This document shows positions 19,633 through 28,043 of a DNA stretch of 64,000 bases, piece after piece. Origin of the DNA: a virus; IMG/VR virus record IMGVR_UViG_3300029787_000021, positions 1 through 64,000 of that record; one strand, written 5' to 3'. The notes under the pieces are model-generated. The model was not told the DNA's origin, ran no database searches, and saw only the letters and a program-made list of their open reading frames with translations. Numbering within the stretch: position 1 is the first letter of the stretch; each line of letters begins with the position of its first letter. Position numbers and translations under genes: made by a program.

Positions 19633-20050
19633 TTGTAGTCTTTTTATATTTACTGTGGTTAGATTCCCAGTTTGCTTTAGCATCTTCGTTTTTTTCTTTC
19701 TCTGCTTTAGTAGCATAAATTGCTTTTCTTTGAGCATCAGATTTATATTTTCCTTCATCCATTTCAGGGTGGAATAATAATTTAATTACTTTAGCTTCTT
19801 TTGCAACTGACTTACCATCTATTTCTACTTCTATAGGATATGGTTCGAATGTATCTGCCCAATATGCTATGTCGTAACTTTTATCTTTATTATTAGTTAC
19901 TAATAAACCTCGATTATATTTATCTTCTTCTGCTTGAAGTACTATTTCTTTATCTATAGGTAATATTAAATCACCCATTAGTTTGATATCGCCTTCTTCA
20001 TATCCACCTTCGTTGTATCGATTTTCAAGTATTATATCAGATAATTTCAT
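19619..20050 (-). CDS. Hypothetical protein with MKLSDIILE leader
   Basis: 143 aa; C-terminal KYKSDAQRKAIYA segment. Confidence 0.6.
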   Translation of the reverse strand: MKLSDIILENRYNEGGYEEGDIKLMGDLILPIDKEIVLQAEEDKYNRGLLVTNNKDKSYDIAYWADTFEPYPIEVEIDGKSVAKEAKVIKLLFHPEMDEGKYKSDAQRKAIYATKAEKEKNEDAKANWESNHSKYKKTTNETE

Positions 20051-20237
20051 TACGCTTAATTAATTCTCTTTTTATTATATTCTTTTTTCTTCTAAAGCTT
20101 AAACTTTCATACATCTTCTTTAATTCTTTAGTTGAAGTATTAGATGGTGTATAATGAATCCATTTCCATTTTTGTGTCATTCTGCCTCTAGAGTCTTTTT
20201 GGTATTCTTTAGTACTTGGTTTTAACTTTGAAGGCAT
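20037..20237 (-). CDS. Small basic hypothetical protein
   Basis: Probable start MPSKLK at 20237. Confidence 0.5.
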   Translation of the reverse strand: MPSKLKPSTKEYQKDSRGRMTQKWKWIHYTPSNTSTKELKKMYESLSFRRKKNIIKRELIKRNEII

Positions 20238-20245
20238 AGCTTTTT

Positions 20246-20317
20246 TTAACAGTTGCAGCAAGAGCAGCTACATGAAGAGCCGCAGTTACAAGATTTACAA
20301 TTACAATTCATATTCAT
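20246..20317 (-). CDS. Metallothionein-like Cys-rich micro-protein MNMNCNCKSCNCGSSCSCSCCNC
   Basis: Hand translation: 23 aa, 9 Cys in CxC/CC clusters, no aromatic residues; TATTTATA motif 13 nt upstream; fits the intergenic gap. Confidence 0.75.
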   Translation of the reverse strand: MNMNCNCKSCNCGSSCSCSCCNC

Positions 20318-20481
20318 TGCTTTAATTTAATATAAATAGCTTTTAACCCGGTATCCTTATCAAAAAGTTATTAATTTAATAAAACCGTCTCTAAGCGTTT
20401 TAAATATTTTTAGATACATTTATATTACCTAAATTAGATACGTTTAAAAATACAGTAAAAAATAGAGGAGCTACTTAGCTG

Positions 20482-20973
20482 TTATATAAAGTCTTTACGG
20501 TAAAACTTGCCTAATATGTTATCGTTAATATGAGCACTATATTTATTTTCTAATACTCCATTAACCATTAAGTGTTTAGTCTCAAAATACGTTAATAACT
20601 TTTTATTGGGAACAAATTCTAATATTTTCTTTTCCCAACTTTCATTTGAATTATCTTTTTTAGAAAGCTCTAAAATTTCTTTTTGAGATCCGTAATAATC
20701 TTTCCAATCTGATTCAGTAATAATTTTTTGTTTGAGAGGTGTTCGACCTTTCAACCCTTTTAAAGCTCTTTCTTCTTTAAGTTGTTGTAAAGCTCTTTTT
20801 CCTAATCTTTTATTTCTTTCAAAATAAAGCACTTTCTTTCCTATATATCTTACATCAGTTGGTTTATACCAAACTTCGTAAATGAACCCGTAGGTTCCTT
20901 CTGGCATATCTGAAATATCTGTGATTATCCTCCCTTGGTAAGTCCAAGAAGGTACTGTTGGCATATTTTCCAT
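20482..20973 (-). CDS. GIY-YIG family nuclease-like protein
   Basis: YGFIY...YIGKK, ESDWKDYYGS and terminal NDNI motifs. Confidence 0.8.
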   Translation of the reverse strand: MENMPTVPSWTYQGRIITDISDMPEGTYGFIYEVWYKPTDVRYIGKKVLYFERNKRLGKRALQQLKEERALKGLKGRTPLKQKIITESDWKDYYGSQKEILELSKKDNSNESWEKKILEFVPNKKLLTYFETKHLMVNGVLENKYSAHINDNILGKFYRKDFI

Positions 20974-20988
20974 ATTATATCCTGGTCG

Positions 20989-21936
20989 CTATAAACGAGC
21001 TTTAAGCTCATCTATCTGTAACTGCTGCTCTTTAATTGCTTCAATTAATAACGCGACAATTTTTTCATAACGTACTGCTTTCATTCCCGATTCTCGAGTC
21101 TGAACTATTTCTGGGAGAACAGATTCAATTTCTTGAGCTATTACTCCGACATCTCTACCTGAATAGAGATCTTGTTTATCATTCCAATCAAATGAAACTC
21201 CATTAATTTTAAATATTTTTTCTAATGGTGAATCTATTGGTTGAATATTATCTTTTAACCTTTCATCCGAAGACTGAAATGCTATAACATCTCCTGATGC
21301 AGAAACTGCTCCTTTTACTAATATACCAAAAGGATTATCTCCAATTGATGATGATACTATTAAACTACCAGATACAGTAACATCCGCTGCAAATTTTTTC
21401 TCGCCTGTAAATGTTTGTGCTGTTGTTAAATGTGCTGTATCAGCATCTAAATAAGCAGATGCAATTGCAGTGCCTTGCCATACACCGGTTCCTATTGTAC
21501 CTACGGTTGTAATATTAGCTTGAGTAAAGTGTTCAGAAGATGCAAAGTTATCTGTAGAATCATGGTCAACTTGTGCTGAGCTTGATATTACTCCTTCACC
21601 TTCTTCTTTTAAAAAGTCACCATCTATTTGTGCTGATGCTGAAACTAAACCTGTTGGTAGTGCTGCAACTACTCCATCAGTAAAAGTAGCTGTTGAGGTA
21701 TCTAAAGCTATAGTTCTTGATGTTGCTATTGTACCTCCACCTGTTAATGCCCCAGTACCTGTTATACTTACACTTGAATGGTCTACATGTTCAGCAGATA
21801 CAAAACCAGTAGTACTGTCGTGATCTACTTGTGCTGATGCTGAAAGTACATTACTTAATCCATCAAAACCTAATGAGGCTGATATTGATCCAGTAATGTA
21901 TAAGGACCCTGTTAAATGTGTAGGTTGTACTGACAT
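20989..21936 (-). CDS. Tail fibre with C-terminal intramolecular chaperone (peptidase S74) domain
   Basis: SDERLKDNI, GVIAQEIE..LPE and a C-terminal coiled coil; Ser/Thr/Gly-rich shaft. Confidence 0.88.
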   Translation of the reverse strand: MSVQPTHLTGSLYITGSISASLGFDGLSNVLSASAQVDHDSTTGFVSAEHVDHSSVSITGTGALTGGGTIATSRTIALDTSTATFTDGVVAALPTGLVSASAQIDGDFLKEEGEGVISSSAQVDHDSTDNFASSEHFTQANITTVGTIGTGVWQGTAIASAYLDADTAHLTTAQTFTGEKKFAADVTVSGSLIVSSSIGDNPFGILVKGAVSASGDVIAFQSSDERLKDNIQPIDSPLEKIFKINGVSFDWNDKQDLYSGRDVGVIAQEIESVLPEIVQTRESGMKAVRYEKIVALLIEAIKEQQLQIDELKARL

Positions 21937-21940
21937 TTAT

Positions 21941-22507
21941 TTAAGTTAATCTTATTTGTACAAAGTTTCCGTTTCTATATAGACCTCCTACTGGTATACC
22001 TCCTGTTGCTGCAGCTGTATCATTAGCATAGGTGGCACCCAATACTTCTGTTAGTATAATATGTCCGTCTTTGACAGTCATTGATGTGGCTCCTGTATTG
22101 GTTAAAGTAAAAGAACCAGAAGTTAATAAACTTCCTGTTACATCTACAGAACCTGAAAATTGGTGTAAGTCCTGAGAGTCATCTCCAAACTTAGTTGAAC
22201 CAGATTGATGAATTATAGACGAAGAAACAAACTCAGTATGAAATTCTTGAGCTGTTATCGAATCAGTTATTACTAAAGAGCCGGTAATAGATGCAACGTT
22301 GTTTCCGTTTATAGAGCCGCTATAGTTAGTCCACGATGGTGATGCATTAAATGTCTTCTCAGCTCCAGAGCTTTCAGAAGTAAATAATGATAAATCACCT
22401 GTTTGAGGATTAACAGAAGATGAATTAAATACAAACCTTAGGTTATTATCCATTTCTGTTTGTGTTAATGCACTTCCTTTTACTACTCTTAATTTTATTT
22501 CAGGCAT
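21941..22507 (-). CDS. Virion/tail fibre-associated protein
   Basis: LRVVKGSALT..EMDNN N-terminus; ITGS repeats; SGSTKFGDD..D.HQFSGS motif. Confidence 0.65.
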   Translation of the reverse strand: MPEIKLRVVKGSALTQTEMDNNLRFVFNSSSVNPQTGDLSLFTSESSGAEKTFNASPSWTNYSGSINGNNVASITGSLVITDSITAQEFHTEFVSSSIIHQSGSTKFGDDSQDLHQFSGSVDVTGSLLTSGSFTLTNTGATSMTVKDGHIILTEVLGATYANDTAAATGGIPVGGLYRNGNFVQIRLT

Positions 22508-22518
22508 AATTAATTAAT

Positions 22519-23505
22519 TTACATATCTAATTTTATTACAAATGTCATATCAGTATCTTCAGTTTTAGGTAATGGTTGACCTAATTTAGCAACTGCTAAT
22601 AATTCATTTGAGTCATTATATAACCCTACAGTTGTAATGTAAGGGTTAAAACTACTTCCTGTTACATTATCTTTCAAAATACCATCACTACTTTTTACAG
22701 AAGATGGATTTTGTGAAAAGTTCATTTCATAGTCTTTTACTTTACAACGTATGTTATAAGTATAAATAGGATGAGATGCTTTCCAGCTTATATCTAAATC
22801 CTCATTTATTAAATTTGTTAAACTTTCAGAGGTTATTAGAACTAACCCATGAGGGTATATTACATCTCCTAATTTTACACTGCTTGTAAAGTTTAATCCG
22901 TCTGATGCTGAGATTACTAAATTACCTTCACCATCATCAATATACTCTCTTCCTTCACCTGTTCTTAAAAGTTCAGATGTAAGAGGTTCTCCTATATACT
23001 CTCCTACCATGTAATCACCATCAGCATCTGTAATTGAACCTCCTTCTATGTATGAACCTGAGTATGCTTTAAAAGCTTCCGCTCCAGATACATGCATAAC
23101 AAAAGATCCAGGTTTTATATTAGTACCTACATGCGCTCTTGGTATAGAAATTATAGAAGCTTCAGAAGCTATTTTTCTTGAGCCAGAGCTGAATCCTGAT
23201 TGTATGTAATTATCGAACGAACCAGATTGTAATTTATCATCACCGTGAATAAAGTTGGAATAATATAACTGGTTAATACTACTAAATGCTAAAAAGTTAT
23301 TTCTTGAATTATTATTAAGAGTTGTAATTGAATCGAAAGGACTTATATAATAATCTCCAGAGCTACTATAAGCAAAAAAAGTATCTATCCCATATGTCTG
23401 TAGCCCGTTTACCGCACCACTTTGAGAGATAGCGTTGTAGCTTTTATGAGCTACATAGGATGTTACATAAACATCTTGTTTGTTTAGTTTTTTGTAAGCA
23501 CTCAT
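22519..23505 (-). CDS. Baseplate/tail structural protein
   Basis: C-terminal YITTVGLYND..ELLAVAKLGQP, paralogous to the next gene. Confidence 0.65.
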   Translation of the reverse strand: MSAYKKLNKQDVYVTSYVAHKSYNAISQSGAVNGLQTYGIDTFFAYSSSGDYYISPFDSITTLNNNSRNNFLAFSSINQLYYSNFIHGDDKLQSGSFDNYIQSGFSSGSRKIASEASIISIPRAHVGTNIKPGSFVMHVSGAEAFKAYSGSYIEGGSITDADGDYMVGEYIGEPLTSELLRTGEGREYIDDGEGNLVISASDGLNFTSSVKLGDVIYPHGLVLITSESLTNLINEDLDISWKASHPIYTYNIRCKVKDYEMNFSQNPSSVKSSDGILKDNVTGSSFNPYITTVGLYNDSNELLAVAKLGQPLPKTEDTDMTFVIKLDM

Positions 23506-23508
23506 TCA

Positions 23509-24549
23509 TTAATAATCAAGCTTTATCCTAACTAATGCTTCTTTAGTAAAATCTTTTAATAACGGTTTTGATAGTTTAGCTGTTGCTAATAAGTCATTGT
23601 TATCATTATATAGACCTACAGTAGTAATATACGATTGAGGACTATTAATCATAACGTCATGTCTTAATTCTCCAGATCCACTCGTATTAGAAGGATTAGA
23701 AGAATAATTAAATTCTGCATTTCTTGCTCTTACGAATACTAAATTAGAAGAAACTGTCTCTTCCCCGTTAAGTTTAAATGAAGCTCCATCTACTATAGCA
23801 TTAAATATCTTACCTGGGTTAGCTCCGTTAGCATTGTTACCTCTAGTAGATCCTAGTGTAATACCACCAGCAGATCCTGTTGCATCTAATGCCGCTGCGT
23901 TAAGTAGTATTAGTCCTACATCAGGTAGAAACTTACCGTAAGAACCAAATGTTCCGTCTTTTGTAAATCCGCTACTGTTATTAAAGTTACCTGAAGTAAC
24001 AACAGTTCCTAGAGAACCTGTTACAAGTTCAAATACTCTTCCTGCATCCGTAAATGTTGTTGTAGTTACTTGATTACTATTATCGGTTAGTACAATTCTT
24101 TCGTTTGCGTCTGATGGACACTTTAACGTTAATGCTAATGTACCCGGTAATAATTTTTCTTTATATCTAGCTCTCTCTAATGATATTGCATAGAAGTGAG
24201 AACCAGAATAGTCTCCAAAAATAAAGCTATCTTCTTCATCTGCTAATACTAATGATCTGTACTGACCATATACAGTAGCGCTTGGTGTCGAACCTGTTAC
24301 TGCAGTATTAAAATAAGCTGAGCCAGAACCTTTTTCATCTGCATAAGCTAATGAAAACTGTACCGCTGCTGTTGAATCATTACTAGCTGTTTGGTAAACG
24401 TTATAATAATATTCTCCTGAAGCACCTGCTACCTGTGTTGAGGAAGTAATAAACTCTGTCTGTTCAGTTACACCATTACTAAAAATTGTTGATGTGACTG
24501 ATTCAGCACTTATTACTACGTCTTGTGGATCAAATCTTTTATATGACAT
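23509..24549 (-). CDS. Baseplate/tail structural protein
   Basis: C-terminal YITTVGLYND..DLLATAKLSKP. Confidence 0.65.
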   Translation of the reverse strand: MSYKRFDPQDVVISAESVTSTIFSNGVTEQTEFITSSTQVAGASGEYYYNVYQTASNDSTAAVQFSLAYADEKGSGSAYFNTAVTGSTPSATVYGQYRSLVLADEEDSFIFGDYSGSHFYAISLERARYKEKLLPGTLALTLKCPSDANERIVLTDNSNQVTTTTFTDAGRVFELVTGSLGTVVTSGNFNNSSGFTKDGTFGSYGKFLPDVGLILLNAAALDATGSAGGITLGSTRGNNANGANPGKIFNAIVDGASFKLNGEETVSSNLVFVRARNAEFNYSSNPSNTSGSGELRHDVMINSPQSYITTVGLYNDNNDLLATAKLSKPLLKDFTKEALVRIKLDY

Positions 24550-24559
24550 CTCTTATATA

Positions 24560-25216
24560 TTAATTAGTTTTAGTAATAGTTACAGGTATTGTAATTCTAG
24601 CTCCTGAATCTCTTCCGATTACAGTGATAGTAGTCTGTAAAGCTGTAACTGTACCAAATAAAGTATTTACTGCTGTTGCAGTTAAGTTTAATGATGTTCC
24701 TATTACAGTTTTAGATATATTAGTACCTATAGTCTCTGTGTTATTTAATCTTTCAGCTTCTTCTGTGTTTACACCTACTCCTATAAATGTTCCTAATACT
24801 CTAGCATCTGCTATAGTTGCTGAGTATCCGTTAGCTTCAAATGTATTTGTCGATCCAAGATAGTTTAGCGTTTGAGGGGTAATTGCTAAAGAAGCTCCTT
24901 GTTTTAATGTTATTGCAGCGTAACCTAAATCTAGTACAGGTATTTTTGAAGTACCTCTAGGTAGAGTAGTTAGCTTGTATTTCATTATTTGAGTTTCATC
25001 TGGAAACGCTTCTAAAAGAGGCATATTTTCTAATGCTTCTCCATAATATGCAGAACCTGAGGGATGGTTTGGATTATATAATGTATAATCTATTTCGTCA
25101 TCTGCTAGTGCAAACTGTGTTAGTTTAAAGGAACCGTCCCCTCGTGCAAGTAATTCTCTTCCTTTCTTGGTCAGAATTGCATCAACGGTTACCACTGAGT
25201 TATTTAAGTATCCCAT
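24560..25216 (-). CDS. Virion structural protein (tail/baseplate module)
   Basis: DAILTKKGRELLA...FALADDEIDY; Thr-rich beta C-terminus; TATTTATA motif upstream. Confidence 0.6.
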   Translation of the reverse strand: MGYLNNSVVTVDAILTKKGRELLARGDGSFKLTQFALADDEIDYTLYNPNHPSGSAYYGEALENMPLLEAFPDETQIMKYKLTTLPRGTSKIPVLDLGYAAITLKQGASLAITPQTLNYLGSTNTFEANGYSATIADARVLGTFIGVGVNTEEAERLNNTETIGTNISKTVIGTSLNLTATAVNTLFGTVTALQTTITVIGRDSGARITIPVTITKTN

Positions 25217-25269
25217 TTTTGTTATTAATTAATTTATTATAAATATGTTCATTATTAAAAATAACCTTT

Positions 25270-26388
25270 TTATACTCCTGAGCCGGTTATATAAGCTCCT
25301 TTTTCATTAGTACCAAATACTTCGCCGGTTTCTAAGATAAATATCTTTTGACTAGGTATACGTACATATCTCCTTGTGCTTTCATCGTAATCATAAATAT
25401 GGCTACCAGATGTTGGGTATGTGCTATATTCCGTAAAAAACTTCTGCCCTACTGAGGAAGAGGTGTTATTAATAATATGAAATATAGGAGAATTAGTTGA
25501 ACTGCTATAAAATATTCTTTCTGTACCAGTATCTTTAAAATTAAAATAAAAAGTTTCTATGCTTCTTTCATTAGGATCAATTCCTACTATTGTAGTATTA
25601 TCCGCAAATAATTCGTGTCTAGAACCTTGAAATGATATAAAAGACAGCGCCGGTGTATCTTCGAAAAAGTCAGATACTTGTGCTGTATCTCCTACAGGGT
25701 TGTAGTTTGAACCAATAGCAAATAGTTTTGAACCATTATACCTACCGTTTATCCACCCGGTAGAATAGTAATTACTTTCCTGGACTGAAGCTTCTAAACT
25801 TCTTGAAGTAGCATTTTCTAAACTTGCAGTTATTTGTTCTAGGTTATTAGGTTGTAATTGACTCCTATCTCTATCTACTACAAACCTAAAATATGATTTT
25901 TTTACTTCTATTGCATTATTTTCATTTGCTTCGTATTGACTTAAATCAATTCTTCCTTCTACAAACGGTTCTAAGAATACAGTTTTATCTACAACATTAT
26001 TACTTCCTGTGATAAGATTATTAAAGAAAGGATCTCCTTCAGTATATGTTGAAGCACTAAGTAAAAGGCCGTCATGATCTTGAGCTTCTAATCTACCAAA
26101 TTGTATAAAGTAGTATCCGGTTTTTCGAGTAAGGTTAAGGTCTTTAAAATCTAATCTTGACGGACCTTGAGTTAATTGGCCAGACGACGATTGAAATATA
26201 GTTAATTCATTTAACTGATTTAAAGCACCTTCAACGTCAATTGCATTATCACTTTCAAAAGGAATCGATACTGCCCTAATTACATAATCAACTAAAGCTG
26301 CTCCAACTATATTAGATGAAGACATAAGTATGTTAATTGACCCGTCAGCTGGTTTTTGATTCGAAAAGTCTAGTAGATTAATTGGCAT
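25270..26388 (-). CDS. Putative virion protein
   Basis: 372 aa, Ser/Thr-rich, within the tail module. Confidence 0.55.
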   Translation of the reverse strand: MPINLLDFSNQKPADGSINILMSSSNIVGAALVDYVIRAVSIPFESDNAIDVEGALNQLNELTIFQSSSGQLTQGPSRLDFKDLNLTRKTGYYFIQFGRLEAQDHDGLLLSASTYTEGDPFFNNLITGSNNVVDKTVFLEPFVEGRIDLSQYEANENNAIEVKKSYFRFVVDRDRSQLQPNNLEQITASLENATSRSLEASVQESNYYSTGWINGRYNGSKLFAIGSNYNPVGDTAQVSDFFEDTPALSFISFQGSRHELFADNTTIVGIDPNERSIETFYFNFKDTGTERIFYSSSTNSPIFHIINNTSSSVGQKFFTEYSTYPTSGSHIYDYDESTRRYVRIPSQKIFILETGEVFGTNEKGAYITGSGV

Positions 26389-27983
26389 TACTTAATATTG
26401 TGTGTTAGGATTCCGTTTGCATAATAAACGTCATCTGTTTCTACATTTAATTTATATACAGCTCCATTATACGATTCTTCTATTATGGATGTTATTTCAA
26501 TTTCTTCTCCTGCAGCATTCATAAACTTATCTCCAAGCTGTAGTTCAGTAGCATATTTAATTATCCACTCACTACCTCTTTTTACTATATGTAAATGAGC
26601 TTTAGTAGTTTTTAATAAACCGTTATTAAAGTTCCATACATACTCTGGGTTTGATGATGTATTGTTTATTACTTCAGCCTCTGTAGCTGTTCCGTCTATA
26701 CTTTCGTTAGACCATGCTCTTAAAGTATCAGCATTATCTGAATCTACTAATGTAGGAATATTTTTAGATAAAATTTTATCTCCTACTGATAGGTTTTCTA
26801 CTGCTGTTGTTGTTCCATCTGCTTTTGTAATCATAGTTCCTGCTACAACGCATAAATCTTGACAATCAGCTGCTGATGATACGTATCCGTAAGTACTTAT
26901 CGTAAGTGCATCCCCAATACCAGTTCCGAATCGTAATGCATAATAACCTGATGATAAATATCCGGTACCGGTTGCAGAAGTATATATTCTATCTCCTTGT
27001 ACAGGATTAGTTCCAGAACCATCATGATAATATGTAGAATAAGATCCTCCATTACAAGCAGCTAATAAAGTTCCTCCAGAAAACATTTGTACAGCAGTTC
27101 TTACGATCGGTGATCTAGTAGGTGTTACAGTAGGTGATGGTGTTGCACTAGGTGATGGAGTACTACTAACTGATACACTAGGAGTTACTGATGGAGTAAC
27201 GGATGGTGTTACTGACTTACTAGGAGTTTTACTCGGTGTTACAGAAGGTGTGCTCTGTGGTGTTACAGATACCGAAGGCGTTTTACTCGGTGTTACTGAC
27301 GGAGTAATAGAAGGTGTTGATGATACACCTGGTGTAGAACTTACCGTAATAGATGGTGTAATTGATGGAGTAACAGATACACTTGGTGTTTTACTTGGAG
27401 TAACGCTAGGGGTTACTGATGGTGTAACTGATGGAGTAACAGAAGCACTAGGTGTTTTAGATGGTGTAGCTGATGGTGTTTTTGTTGGTGTTATTGACAC
27501 ACTAGGTGTTTTACTTGGAGTAATAGATACCGAAGGGGTAACTGATACTGATGGGGTAGCTGAAGGTGTAACTGATACAGAAGGAGTTGGTGGTATAAAA
27601 TTAAAGTTATTTGTACACTCGTTTACACTTCTAAATATAAAAGTATTTACTCCTTGCCCTGAGGTTAGCGTAACTCCTCCGTTTAAATCATCTTTACCTA
27701 ATACATTTTTATAAGTAGTACTGTTTAAAGTAACACTTCCTGTTAAAAGAGAAGTACCAGTATACTCATCTACTATATCTGCATATTCACCATTAGCTGA
27801 TGCTGTATAGTCCCAGCCTCCTCCAGTTTCTGCAGCTGCATTAGGTCCTAAAATTTTATTTGCTTGAATTTCGGAGTTACAATATACAAAGAAAGGACCT
27901 GCATCCTGAATAGCACCTTGAGTACTACCGGTTGGGGTATCTTTAAATCCTATTACCTTATATTGAAATCCTAAAAAGCCCAT
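26388..27983 (-). CDS. Fibre-like virion protein with an S-V-T-P repeat stalk and a C-terminal Hint (intein-like) domain
   Basis: (S-x-T-P)n tract; Hint runs from CVVAGTMI through TKAH to NGILTHN, followed by IK and stop. Confidence 0.8.
   Translation of the reverse strand: MGFLGFQYKVIGFKDTPTGSTQGAIQDAGPFFVYCNSEIQANKILGPNAAAETGGGWDYTASANGEYADIVDEYTGTSLLTGSVTLNSTTYKNVLGKDDLNGGVTLTSGQGVNTFIFRSVNECTNNFNFIPPTPSVSVTPSATPSVSVTPSVSITPSKTPSVSITPTKTPSATPSKTPSASVTPSVTPSVTPSVTPSKTPSVSVTPSITPSITVSSTPGVSSTPSITPSVTPSKTPSVSVTPQSTPSVTPSKTPSKSVTPSVTPSVTPSVSVSSTPSPSATPSPTVTPTRSPIVRTAVQMFSGGTLLAACNGGSYSTYYHDGSGTNPVQGDRIYTSATGTGYLSSGYYALRFGTGIGDALTISTYGYVSSAADCQDLCVVAGTMITKADGTTTAVENLSVGDKILSKNIPTLVDSDNADTLRAWSNESIDGTATEAEVINNTSSNPEYVWNFNNGLLKTTKAHLHIVKRGSEWIIKYATELQLGDKFMNAAGEEIEITSIIEESYNGAVYKLNVETDDVYYANGILTHNIK
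27110..27592 (-). repeat. Degenerate 12-bp coding repeats encoding (S-V/K/A/I-T-P)n
   Basis: Recurring ggtgttactgat/ggagtaacaga units with synonymous variation. Confidence 0.9.
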
Positions 27984-28043
27984 TATATTTTATTATAAAT
28001 ATTTAAGTTAACATATATTTTTCTATTTTCCAACTTTTTCATA

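Noticed and set aside
19633-19758. N-terminal extensions in the ORF track (also 16036-16071, 50104-50211, 50988-51044, 61014-61049)
   Set aside because: They overlap upstream genes or promoters; downstream ATGs with the shared leader or start context are more plausible
27250-27714. Plus-strand 154-aa ORF and other plus-strand ORFs overlapping long minus-strand genes (e.g. 1652, 2900, 8638, 24624, 36499, 38271, 46056, 53997)
   Set aside because: These are antisense shadows of well-supported minus-strand genes, with no promoter motif or recognisable domains
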